Positions 54,524-62,744 of a stretch of DNA of 64,000 nt are shown one piece after another. Made by a program: the position numbers and the translations under genes. The notes beneath the pieces were generated by a model. The model did no database searches, was not told the DNA's origin, and saw only the letters and a list, made by a program, of their open reading frames with translations. The stretch lies in IMG/VR virus record IMGVR_UViG_3300046469_000011, positions 27,878 to 91,877 of that record; one strand, written 5' to 3'. The number at the start of each line of letters is the position of its first letter. The stretch's first letter is position 1. This stretch comes from a virus (lineage: Duplodnaviria > Caudoviricetes).

Positions 54524-56365
54524 CTAGCTCCGGCGATTCCGCTTGCCGTGGAGGGCCTGCCTGGCTTCTTCAACCCGCTCTTCGAGCGGCTTCTTTTCGC
54601 CAGCGGCATCCAGGGGCGGCTTTTTGTCGTTACCCGAGGCGAAATGCTGGTCCGAGAAGACCACCTCACCATCGGCCTTCAGCGCGTCGATGAAACGGTC
54701 AAGAACATCAACCGCCGTCAGGCGCTCCTTCTTGTCTTCGTCATCGCTATCGGAAAACAGAATGACGGCTGGGCCACCATCATCCGAGAGCATGACCTGA
54801 CGGTAGAGCTTGAGTGCGCCGGGGCGCTCCTTCAACCCAAGCTCTTCCAGTTCGGAAACCCGCTCATTGACAGCGGCCTCCCGATTTTTCTTTTTGAGAT
54901 CCTCATTCTCGGTGAGGATTGACTGGATCTGGGCGCGAGCCTCATCTGAAAGCTCGACGCCATCCAGCTTCAGAGCAGACATAAAAATGCCTCCTTGGTT
55001 GCTGGTTGGCTGTGCGAACCGAAGCTCGCGCAGTTCTCTTACGCGCTCGAATTCCGTCAAGGAATTTGATGCCGCGACAGCCTGTGGTTGCTCTTCCTCC
55101 TTCGGCTCATCGATCAATTTCCAATCGACTACCGAATCGAGGATTACGTTTTGCCCTTCGGTGCGGAAGCCGACGTTCCACTTGGCATCGGAAATCCGAT
55201 GAGAGATGACGGCAGTATTTCCAACGACATCTTCGACCTGATACTCCGGGCCGAGACGTAGTTGCTCAGCCAGCGCCTTGAGAATTGCTGCCTCACTCTG
55301 GCGGAAGCTGAGCGTCGTAGGCTTTTCCGAAGCGCCAGGCAGATCCTCGCTTTCGCGAGAGGGAGGATGCGGACGGGGTTCTACTGGCGCTTCGGATTCC
55401 CATGTCTCCACGGGAAGATCGTCATCGCCATCCGAGGCCGCGAGGCCGAATGGCGAAAGCTTGTCGATGAAGGGCTTGCGGGTCAGGCAGACGTGATCCA
55501 GCACGGCCCCGAAGAATTTGTTATCAGAGCGCCGGGTCACGCCGAACGGAATTCCCGCGCTGACATCCGGGATAGTTCCGCGCAGAACCTTGCCCTTGAC
55601 ATCCGGCTCAGTGAAATCAATACCGGCCCGCAACTTGGTCACAGCCCCGTCCTTGACCAGCTTCAGCTTGCGGACGAACCCGGTATTCAGGCGAGCGATG
55701 TTCTTGTGGTCGTTGGTGTCATCGGAAAGCGGGACCGTCACATAGGGAACGGCTCCCTCATTGAAATTCCGATACACCTCAGCCAGCGAAATGATTCCGT
55801 TGGCCGGATCGGATTCGCCCTCATCGACGATCCGAAGCTCCTTCTTGACGATTCCCCCTCCGGTCGGCGTGTGCGTCCACTGGCCGGTACGGAGAATGTC
55901 CTTCCAGACAAGGCCGTCCTCTTCGGTGGCCTCGCCCGAGAAAATGATCTCGTTCAGAACCGCTTGATCGGAATACTCGACCGACTCGACAGATTTGTCG
56001 AAGCGCCGGTCGTAATCATCGCGGTCGGCATTCTGCATGTCCTCTGTCCAGGAGGTGTGCGGTTGCTGCCGAAGCAGATCGGCATGTGCCGTAAATCGAT
56101 CACAAGTGCAATCGCCAGCCGCGAGGGCCTCGAACAGATTGCAGATTCCATCCACGATTCCGTCGCCGTCTGTGTCTCCCGTGGGCGTGAAGTGGCCGCA
56201 GTTCCAGCAGGACAGACCGGAAATATCCGCCTTCCTGTACCCCGAAATAGGCGGCGGCTCGGCGGCATACCCATCTATCGGATCACCCTCTTCAGTAATT
56301 TCTGCTGGATCAACAGAAAAAAGCAGAATCCCTTCTGCGTCGTAAAAGCCTCGTGGCTCGATCAT
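54524..56365 (-). CDS. Capsid maturation protease / scaffold fusion (Mu gpI-like)
   Basis: ILRTGQWTH...IDFT...VSAGI...LDHVCLTRKPFI..L; acidic coiled-coil C-terminus; ATGA overlap start. Confidence 0.8.
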   Translation of the reverse strand: MIEPRGFYDAEGILLFSVDPAEITEEGDPIDGYAAEPPPISGYRKADISGLSCWNCGHFTPTGDTDGDGIVDGICNLFEALAAGDCTCDRFTAHADLLRQQPHTSWTEDMQNADRDDYDRRFDKSVESVEYSDQAVLNEIIFSGEATEEDGLVWKDILRTGQWTHTPTGGGIVKKELRIVDEGESDPANGIISLAEVYRNFNEGAVPYVTVPLSDDTNDHKNIARLNTGFVRKLKLVKDGAVTKLRAGIDFTEPDVKGKVLRGTIPDVSAGIPFGVTRRSDNKFFGAVLDHVCLTRKPFIDKLSPFGLAASDGDDDLPVETWESEAPVEPRPHPPSRESEDLPGASEKPTTLSFRQSEAAILKALAEQLRLGPEYQVEDVVGNTAVISHRISDAKWNVGFRTEGQNVILDSVVDWKLIDEPKEEEQPQAVAASNSLTEFERVRELRELRFAQPTSNQGGIFMSALKLDGVELSDEARAQIQSILTENEDLKKKNREAAVNERVSELEELGLKERPGALKLYRQVMLSDDGGPAVILFSDSDDEDKKERLTAVDVLDRFIDALKADGEVVFSDQHFASGNDKKPPLDAAGEKKPLEERVEEARQALHGKRNRRS

Positions 56366-56871
56366 TGGATTGCCTCCCTCGCATCGGAGAAAAGAATTTC
56401 TAGTTCTGACTCCGGGAGGCTGCACAGCCAATCGGATAGCTCGACGGAAATTTCTGGTGGTTGGTCTGCCGCCGTAACATGGTGATGGTGGTGGTGCTTG
56501 GCAAGACCGGCTCTGGCGAGAGCGTCGGCTTCGATTGCGCCAGGGTCACCGTGGTCGCGCTCAGGATGGCCGCGCCAGTGGGTCGTCCCCCGGATGATGT
56601 CTTTCAGCGTGGCGCAGACTCGCTCGGTGCGATTGGGACCGAACCGCTTCATGTTGTCCTGGACGCAGGCGGTGAAGGGGTGATCCTTCTTGGCGTAATA
56701 CTTGAGAATCCCATGAAGCTGGGCGCGAGCGTGGGGGCCAACAGTGGAGGCTTGGGAAACGCCAGGATGCTCTTCGCGGGAGAAGAGAATTTCCAGGCGG
56801 TGGTCGATGGCATTGGCGAGTAGGCGGTCTTCGCGGGCCTCTTGAGCCGCGAGAAGCTGTGCGTCAGTCAC
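56362..56871 (-). CDS. Hypothetical head-morphogenesis-associated protein with His6 run
   Basis: GTGA overlap start; HPFTACV...RVCA..KD...GTTHWRG; HHHHHH. Confidence 0.65.
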   Translation of the reverse strand: MTDAQLLAAQEAREDRLLANAIDHRLEILFSREEHPGVSQASTVGPHARAQLHGILKYYAKKDHPFTACVQDNMKRFGPNRTERVCATLKDIIRGTTHWRGHPERDHGDPGAIEADALARAGLAKHHHHHHVTAADQPPEISVELSDWLCSLPESELEILFSDAREAIQ

Positions 56872-57110
56872 AGTTTTGCTCCCTCGATTAGTTGGAAGAT
56901 TTCTCGAAGCTCGTCCATTGTCAGAGCGGGCGAAAAGACCCAGCGGCACGAAGGACATTTGTAGATCGGATTCGTTTCATCAGCGAATTCTTCAATGATC
57001 CCCATCGGGACATACCGCAGAACATCGTGGTCCTTGCGGCAACGAGGGCACGTCATATTGCGCCCTTTGATGAGCCTCTCGCGTCGCTTTGCGTTCGCAG
57101 CCACAGCCAT
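56868..57110 (-). CDS. Zn-ribbon protein
   Basis: CPRC...CPSC. Confidence 0.65.
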   Translation of the reverse strand: MAVAANAKRRERLIKGRNMTCPRCRKDHDVLRYVPMGIIEEFADETNPIYKCPSCRWVFSPALTMDELREIFQLIEGAKL

Positions 57111-57149
57111 TTCCGCCTGCTCGGAATGCTAAAGGTATTTGCATTGAAA

Positions 57150-57173
57150 TTTTGAACCGAAAACGGTTCAAAA
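57150..57173. promoter_or_regulatory. Perfect 10-bp inverted repeat in a divergent intergenic region
   Basis: TTTTGAACCG-AAAA-CGGTTCAAAA. Confidence 0.55.
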
Positions 57174-57241
57174 ATATCTATAGCTAGACACGTAGCTATG
57201 ACTTGCTATGCTGTGGGTATCCTTCCAGCAGGAGGACATCC

Positions 57242-57472
57242 ATGTCAGATTTCGACTCCACCCTCACCAAGCTCTCCGAGTGGGCCATCGAAGCCAGCAT
57301 CGAAGAGCTACGCAGCCGAGATCGGCTGACCATTGCTCTGCGCGATGCGCTCAAGCATGGGGCCGATATCAACGAGCTTTCCGCGATCACCGGACTGACC
57401 TGCATCGAAATCCGGCGTCGTGCCAACGGCGAGTTGAACGTGCTGAGTGAGCTAGAGGTACTCGCCGCTTAG
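57242..57472 (+). CDS. Small HTH protein
   Basis: GGAGG RBS; ALRDALKHGADINELSAITGLT..EIRR; upstream TAGACA-16-TATGCT. Confidence 0.7.
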   Translation: MSDFDSTLTKLSEWAIEASIEELRSRDRLTIALRDALKHGADINELSAITGLTCIEIRRRANGELNVLSELEVLAA

Positions 57473-57486
57473 CAGCAGGAAAGGGG

Positions 57487-57711
57487 CTAAGCCCGGTGGC
57501 CGTTGTGGGGAACGCCTGCACCCGGCAAGACCACCGGGCTTACTGCTCGCTGGGTGGCCGCAAGCACTTCTCCCTTGAGCGGCAGGACATATCGGTGGCC
57601 GTTGCTCAACGTGTAGGTGAGCAGCTTCAAGCCACCGGGGGCGTCCTGGAAGGAAAATTCAGCGATGTCCTCAAGCCACGTAGTCTCGACTGCCTTCATC
57701 TTCACCGGCAT
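57487..57711 (-). CDS. Hypothetical protein
   Basis: GGAGG RBS; TAATG coupling. Confidence 0.6.
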   Translation of the reverse strand: MPVKMKAVETTWLEDIAEFSFQDAPGGLKLLTYTLSNGHRYVLPLKGEVLAATQRAVSPVVLPGAGVPHNGHRA

Positions 57712-58022
57712 TACTCAACCTCCCCAACGAGTCGTAGGTCTTGCACCGGCTCGTAATTTTCCGACCCTTCCCGGCGCTTGATCAGACCCTTCTCGGCCAG
57801 CAAGGCGCAGAGGTGCGTGACGTTTTTTGCTCCGCTCCGGCTGACCGCGCGTCGGCACGATGTCCTGACTCCCTCGCCGGTATAGAACTTGGCGGCGGCA
57901 ATTTCATCGTAGCTATAACCAGAGGCGTAGAGCGCCAATAATTCTAGCTGTTGCGGAGTAATACTACGTTCAGGGTCTATGAAAACGGTATCCCTGCGAC
58001 CTGAGTTGGCGGCGACGGACAC
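57711..58022 (-). CDS. LuxR-type HTH transcriptional regulator
   Basis: ITPQQLELLALYASGYSYDEIAA...GAKNVTHL..L..EKGLI; GGAGG before GTG 58022. Confidence 0.8.
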   Translation of the reverse strand: MSVAANSGRRDTVFIDPERSITPQQLELLALYASGYSYDEIAAAKFYTGEGVRTSCRRAVSRSGAKNVTHLCALLAEKGLIKRREGSENYEPVQDLRLVGEVE

Positions 58023-58197
58023 GTTCAACCCTCCGTCGTTCGCGTAGCTCGCGGTCGGTGAGAGATTCGAGAATGAATTCGGATCGACAAGTGGTGCATC
58101 TGGTGTAGATCTCGACACGAGGCCCGACACGCCGCTCATGCCTCGCGAATCTCTCAAGACTATTGCAGACGGGGCAATTCGCAGGCGGAAGCCTCAA
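57970..58197 (-). CDS. Zn-ribbon protein with Arg-rich tail
   Basis: CPVC...CTTC. Confidence 0.55.
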   Translation of the reverse strand: MRLPPANCPVCNSLERFARHERRVGPRVEIYTRCTTCRSEFILESLTDRELRERRRVERVRRRQLRSQGYRFHRP

Positions 58198-58397
58198 GGG
58201 GAATGCTTTGCGTCTGCTTCAAGCACGGCGATTATCGCCCACCAGAAAGCCGGTTCTGCGGCCTGAAGCCCTTCGTAGGTGGGTGGGTCGAGGAAGATGT
58301 GAATCGGCGGCTCGTTGGGGTCAGTGAGCGCCTTGCCCGAATAGCAGACCAGGACGCAATCCGAATCCACTTCCACGGTGTTCATCATAACCACCAA
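58194..58397 (-). CDS. Hypothetical protein
   Basis: Tiles the operon. Confidence 0.55.
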   Translation of the reverse strand: MVVMMNTVEVDSDCVLVCYSGKALTDPNEPPIHIFLDPPTYEGLQAAEPAFWWAIIAVLEADAKHSP

Positions 58398-58609
58398 GCA
58401 AAAAGCGCCAGCACGATCAAGACCGAAATGAACGTGGCGAACATGACTTCGGCGAAGAGAATCGTCGCGCCCACGGCGAGGATGATGATCACCCAGGAAA
58501 CCGCTTTCATTCCGGATTCCAGGCCTGTTGACCCGTACATCCGCTTGCGGTCCTGCGGTGTCATCATCCGCACCTTGGGCTTGGCGGGCTTGCCGGGGAT
58601 TAGAGTCAT
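58385..58609 (-). CDS. Small membrane protein
   Basis: Two C-terminal TM segments; ATGA overlap. Confidence 0.6.
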   Translation of the reverse strand: MTLIPGKPAKPKVRMMTPQDRKRMYGSTGLESGMKAVSWVIIILAVGATILFAEVMFATFISVLIVLALFAWWL

Positions 58610-59589
58610 CCCAGGACTACCCGGCGCTCGGGGGGCAGATTGCGGTTCCAGTAAGCCACCAACTTTTGGGACATTTCATAGTAGTTGCGGACATAGCCGT
58701 ACTGAGCAAAGGGGAACCGCCCGATCTTCCGAATCCAGCGGTCACGGTCGTTCCGATGGGGTTCGCGCTCAAGGAACACCGCACGAGCCACAATCGCCAC
58801 GGCCCGCAGATTGCTGGGTGCAAACGCATCGGGATTGTTGACTTTCGATCCCAGAGCGGAGATCAGAACGGCAAGCTCGTCCGCATCCTTCTTATTGAAT
58901 TTGGCCCGCTCGGTATCCAGCGCCGTGGCGCTCATGTGCTTGGACTTGGCCGCGTAGACACGCAGGATGTTGAAAGCCGTCGATGCCGACATGCGCGTCT
59001 TGGAATTTCCGCTCTGACCTGACGCGATCAGATTCGACCAGGGATGATCCGTGGACGTGACGGCATCCTGAATGTATTCCTCGATGTTGCCGTTGGAATT
59101 CAGGATCAGCACGTTCTTGGAAACCCGAGTTGCCTTGGCCTGAAGTGCGAACAGATGCCGCGCTTCATCCTCGGTTCGCTTGGTGACCAGCACCCGCATG
59201 GGAACACGAGCAATCACCGCGCCACCGGCCCGATGCTGGCCGTCCGTGTAAAACAGATGGTCGCCAGTCCAAGAAACTTCGATAACAGGAACGAGATTCA
59301 GGTAATTGTCACGATGCTCGGCAATCCAGCGCCCGAAGTCGCGTACCTTTTCTGCCCGTAGGTGCCGCTGGTATCCAACAATGTCGCCCTGCACGCGCTG
59401 GATGGGAATCCGAATAGCGAGAAGCTGTTCGGGGGCGAGGATGTGAACTCCCTCGCGCCGCGTCACGGCAGCGGAATTCATCCCGTCCACAACCGAGACG
59501 TGAACCTTGCGGTCGCCGCCCATTCCTCCGGGATGAACGGTTTTGAGAACTTCTAATAGGGTGGGGAACTGCGATGCGGCTTTCGCCAT
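58606..59589 (-). CDS. DGQHR-domain (DndB/ParB-Srx-like) protein
   Basis: GYQR.L...YTDGQHR; AAAAGGAG RBS. Confidence 0.75.
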   Translation of the reverse strand: MAKAASQFPTLLEVLKTVHPGGMGGDRKVHVSVVDGMNSAAVTRREGVHILAPEQLLAIRIPIQRVQGDIVGYQRHLRAEKVRDFGRWIAEHRDNYLNLVPVIEVSWTGDHLFYTDGQHRAGGAVIARVPMRVLVTKRTEDEARHLFALQAKATRVSKNVLILNSNGNIEEYIQDAVTSTDHPWSNLIASGQSGNSKTRMSASTAFNILRVYAAKSKHMSATALDTERAKFNKKDADELAVLISALGSKVNNPDAFAPSNLRAVAIVARAVFLEREPHRNDRDRWIRKIGRFPFAQYGYVRNYYEMSQKLVAYWNRNLPPERRVVLG

Positions 59590-59610
59590 TGGATCTCTCC
59601 TTTTATTGGT

Positions 59611-59668
59611 GGTTACGTTTGATTACGTTGCTGCGAGGATCATAGCCACATCAGCAAATAAATGTCAA
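59611..59668 (-). promoter_or_regulatory. Promoter with tandem ACGTAAYC boxes
   Basis: TTGACA-18-TATGAT; GGTTACGT (59611) and GATTACGT (59621) on +. Confidence 0.7.
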
Positions 59669-59677
59669 GGCCGATCC

Positions 59678-60082
59678 TCAATTTATTTGAGACGAATGCA
59701 ATCCGTTGATCGTCGCGCCTCGGGAAAGCAATCCGCCCTCTTCGGTCATCTGCTGTTCAACTTCGTCTAGATCGCCTAGCGGATCAGTCGGAGCAGGTGC
59801 CTCAACTTCAGTCGATTCTCCTTCTGCCTTTCTGACAAAGGGATTCTCAGAGGACTGCACCGGCACAGGCGCTTTCCCATCAGTCACCACCTGCGCGTCC
59901 GGGCCAAACACATTCCGGACTTCCTCCATCACCTTCTCGCGCAATGAATCGCGGCGAGCTTCGATGGCTTCATCGAACCGCCCGAGATATTCGTCGTAGT
60001 GACCCGCGTAAATGAAATTCAGAACCCGCGCGTGGTCGGGAACACTTGGTTTGCGTCCGCGTTTCTTTTCTTCAGTCATCAT
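59678..60082 (-). CDS. Hypothetical protein
   Basis: AT-hook-like KKRGRKP start. Confidence 0.65.
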   Translation of the reverse strand: MMTEEKKRGRKPSVPDHARVLNFIYAGHYDEYLGRFDEAIEARRDSLREKVMEEVRNVFGPDAQVVTDGKAPVPVQSSENPFVRKAEGESTEVEAPAPTDPLGDLDEVEQQMTEEGGLLSRGATINGLHSSQIN

Positions 60083-60101
60083 CTTTCACTTTCGCTCAAG
60101 A

Positions 60102-60251
60102 TCAGGCATTGCGTGGTTCCCAAAGTTCGACAATCAGGTGTGCAATCGCCCCACGATCCAGCGTGGCGATCACTTCGGGCGTCGGGTTGCCATGACAGGA
60201 GATCGCCGTATAGAGGCGCAGGCGCTTGCTCCACCTAGCGCTTAGCTCCAT
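60102..60251 (-). CDS. Hypothetical protein, 49 aa
   Basis: Translated by hand MELSARWSKRLRLY...; TGATG coupling. Confidence 0.5.
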   Translation of the reverse strand: MELSARWSKRLRLYTAISCHGNPTPEVIATLDRGAIAHLIVELWEPRNA

Positions 60252-60643
60252 CACCGCGCCTCCCCGTAGCCGTACTTGGCCCAGTTCTCCCGGACCATCG
60301 CCTCGTGACGATCAACCAGATCGCCCAGACCCTTCTCGCGCATCCGCGCCTTGACCTCCGGCTCCATCTCCTGAACCTCGGGCAGCAGGCCAACGAGCTG
60401 GTGGCGGATCATCTCCGGGGCCGCCGTCTTGCAGTTCTCGATCACGGCTTTGACGGCTGCGACCACTGCTTCGAGTTCGCCCGTCAGCCTTTCAAGTTCG
60501 GCCTGGGTGTCGAGTAGCCGCCCGTGCATCTTCTCGGCTCGGACCTGCATCGCACAGATGAGACATCTCCCTTCGGAGTCCAGCGTGGGAGGAATGCTCG
60601 GCTCGTGCGGATGCAGTGGACTCACCTCGGCGTGGCTGGTCAT
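60251..60643 (-). CDS. Hypothetical coiled-coil protein
   Basis: High-GC3 coding pattern, GGAG RBS. Confidence 0.65.
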   Translation of the reverse strand: MTSHAEVSPLHPHEPSIPPTLDSEGRCLICAMQVRAEKMHGRLLDTQAELERLTGELEAVVAAVKAVIENCKTAAPEMIRHQLVGLLPEVQEMEPEVKARMREKGLGDLVDRHEAMVRENWAKYGYGEAR

Positions 60644-60671
60644 ACGTAAAGCTCCAATTTCGATTGTTCGC

Positions 60672-60887
60672 TCATGCGTCGATCTCCCTTTTCAATTCGC
60701 GCATCGCTGGATCGAGCGGGGCCGTGTTGCCCTTTTTCCATTCCTCCCAGGCTTCCACCGCGTCTGAGGCCAGAGCGCTGAGCCGCGCCAGATCGCGGTA
60801 GAGATTGGTGGCCTTGCGCTCGAACGTCACGGTCTTTCCCAGACCGCTGTGCGGCTTTCTCTTTCGCATCGTCATGTCAATTGCCAA
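60672..60887 (-). CDS. Hypothetical protein
   Basis: Tiles the operon. Confidence 0.55.
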   Translation of the reverse strand: MAIDMTMRKRKPHSGLGKTVTFERKATNLYRDLARLSALASDAVEAWEEWKKGNTAPLDPAMRELKREIDA

Positions 60888-61257
60888 ACGTGTAGGCCCC
60901 GAACACGAAGATCAGAATCCCCGCCAGGAAATCCCAGCATCCCTCGGCGTAGCGGTGAGAGATCACCCCCATAAAAACCCCCAGGATCACCATGAAGCAG
61001 CCAGCCAGAAAAGACAGCACCGACACCAGCGCCACGATCACAGGGAGGCGGCGGATCTCCACGGGCCGATCTCCCGCCTGACGACCATATACGTCAGGTG
61101 GACCTTTCGCATCGTCAGCCAATTTCTCATTTCCAACGCTTCCTCGCGGGTCTTGTAGATCGTCGGGAATATGCGGGCGATATTCGCCCCATCCATCAGA
61201 GCCACTCCCCATTCCCACGTCTTTTCCTGTTCCATGCCACCAGTCCTTTTCACTCAT
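60877..61257 (-). CDS. Membrane protein (start ambiguous: 61257 or GTG 61041)
   Basis: Two C-terminal TM segments; 5' part overlaps 61038..61253. Confidence 0.5.
   Translation of the reverse strand: MSEKDWWHGTGKDVGMGSGSDGWGEYRPHIPDDLQDPRGSVGNEKLADDAKGPPDVYGRQAGDRPVEIRRLPVIVALVSVLSFLAGCFMVILGVFMGVISHRYAEGCWDFLAGILIFVFGAYTFGN
61038..61253 (-). CDS. Hypothetical small phage protein
   Basis: EWGV...YKTREEA...VVRREIGPW looks like small actinophage proteins. Confidence 0.5.
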   Translation of the reverse strand: MKRTGGMEQEKTWEWGVALMDGANIARIFPTIYKTREEALEMRNWLTMRKVHLTYMVVRREIGPWRSAASL

Positions 61258-61492
61258 CGCTCTTTTCTCCTTGTCTGAAAAGTCTCTGCATCGCGTAGGT
61301 ATCCCAGCGAATCAACACGATCTTTCCCTGAACGCCAGGGCCTTCCGCCAGCGCCCGATCCGCTCGGCGAGTGTCCGCGATCATCTGTTCGAGATCTCCA
61401 AGGCCCTCGTCATCAGCCCGGATGATAACGGTTTTGCCGTCAGCATCTACATCAATCATCTGCGTCTCCTTTTTTGCTCGTTGATTTTCCAA
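61250..61492 (-). CDS. Hypothetical protein
   Basis: AAAGGAG before internal ATG (MIDVDADG). Confidence 0.55.
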   Translation of the reverse strand: MENQRAKKETQMIDVDADGKTVIIRADDEGLGDLEQMIADTRRADRALAEGPGVQGKIVLIRWDTYAMQRLFRQGEKSDE

Positions 61493-61808
61493 TCGACATC
61501 AGATCCTCCAAAGCGTCTTCAAACTGTTTGATCGAAATTTTGTTTTTGGCGTAGAGATTCTTCAGCCGCTCAATCTCTCGCGGCCAATGCTCTTCAGGAA
61601 TCCTGATGTCATCGCCCGCATGAAGAAGATCGTCGAGCAATCTCTCATCAGGATTATCTCCGCCGTGATCGATTTCGATCTCATCGTCTGATTCGAATAG
61701 GCACACGCAGGCGAAAAAGCCCAGCCCGACCACGATCATCGGCAGGTCATAAGTGGCCCAGCCGCCAATAAAGAACGCACAGCCCAGAATGAATGCGATA
61801 AGTATCAT
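61452..61808 (-). CDS. Membrane protein with C-terminal SHOCT-like segment
   Basis: Two N-terminal TMs; EIERLKNLYAKNKISIKQFE. Confidence 0.65.
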   Translation of the reverse strand: MILIAFILGCAFFIGGWATYDLPMIVVGLGFFACVCLFESDDEIEIDHGGDNPDERLLDDLLHAGDDIRIPEEHWPREIERLKNLYAKNKISIKQFEDALEDLMSIGKSTSKKGDADD

Positions 61809-61816
61809 CAGGTATG

Positions 61817-61845
61817 ATCGTAGCAGACGCCCCGTTCTAGGTCAA
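61817..61845 (-). promoter_or_regulatory. Promoter for a near-leaderless transcript
   Basis: TTGACC-17-(TGc)TACGAT, ATG 8 nt downstream. Confidence 0.6.
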
Positions 61846-62744
61846 ATCATATAGCAGGGGGTGGGGTGCGAATAAAAAAGGGTGGGCATCAGAAAAAAGG
61901 GTGGGGGGGGTGCGTGCGTGGCGAATTTACTTATCCCATGAGATTCGCGTATGTGCCATCTGACTGCCACGCGGGCAGGGGCAGAGCGGAAATGGGTGGG
62001 GGATCAGTCAGTAGTTTCTACGGATGGAAAATCCGTAGTAACTACGGTTCAGCGGTAGGATCGTAGGCCGATAATTACCGTGGAACGAAAAAACCGCTCC
62101 GGTCGCCATACGGTGCCCGACAGATTGGAGATTGCCTGAAAAAATCGACCTAGCCGACATAATCCGAGGTTCATTACGGACGCCTATGGCGACGTTTTAG
62201 GGTGAATTTTCGGTGTGACGATTTCCTGTCCCCGTGGCAGCTTGGATTTTCCCCGGTTGAGCGCATTCAATTGCGAACCCGGACAATCCTCAAGCGGGAA
62301 CGCGCGAGAACGCGGGATAGGAGATGGCCTAAAGGAGTGGATAGCGACCCTCCATGCCCGATATCTGCGAATACATCGACGACAAGCGTTATCGACGACC
62401 GCTAATGAAAAGCGGCAGCTTGGATTATTCGGTGCCTAGCGAGCATTACTGAGGCGCGAAGCCGGTTTGAGCCTTGCCTACGGCTCATTGCGCTTAGCGT
62501 CATCTTGGAAATTGCGAACCGCTACGGGAGAATCCGAGAATTGAGAGCGGAGAAAGGGGCGATTGCGTGCCAGCGCGGATTAGTGCGAAATCCGAGCCCG
62601 CTGGAACATAGCGCACGATGGCTTCGGCGAAACAGGAGCCAGTGAACCGAAGAAAAGGCAATTTCAACGGCGCGAAACGGTCGATGGCAGATCCCGCACA
62701 CGCGCCGAAGAATGCGCTGGATTTTCGGCCAGTGAAGATGGGAA

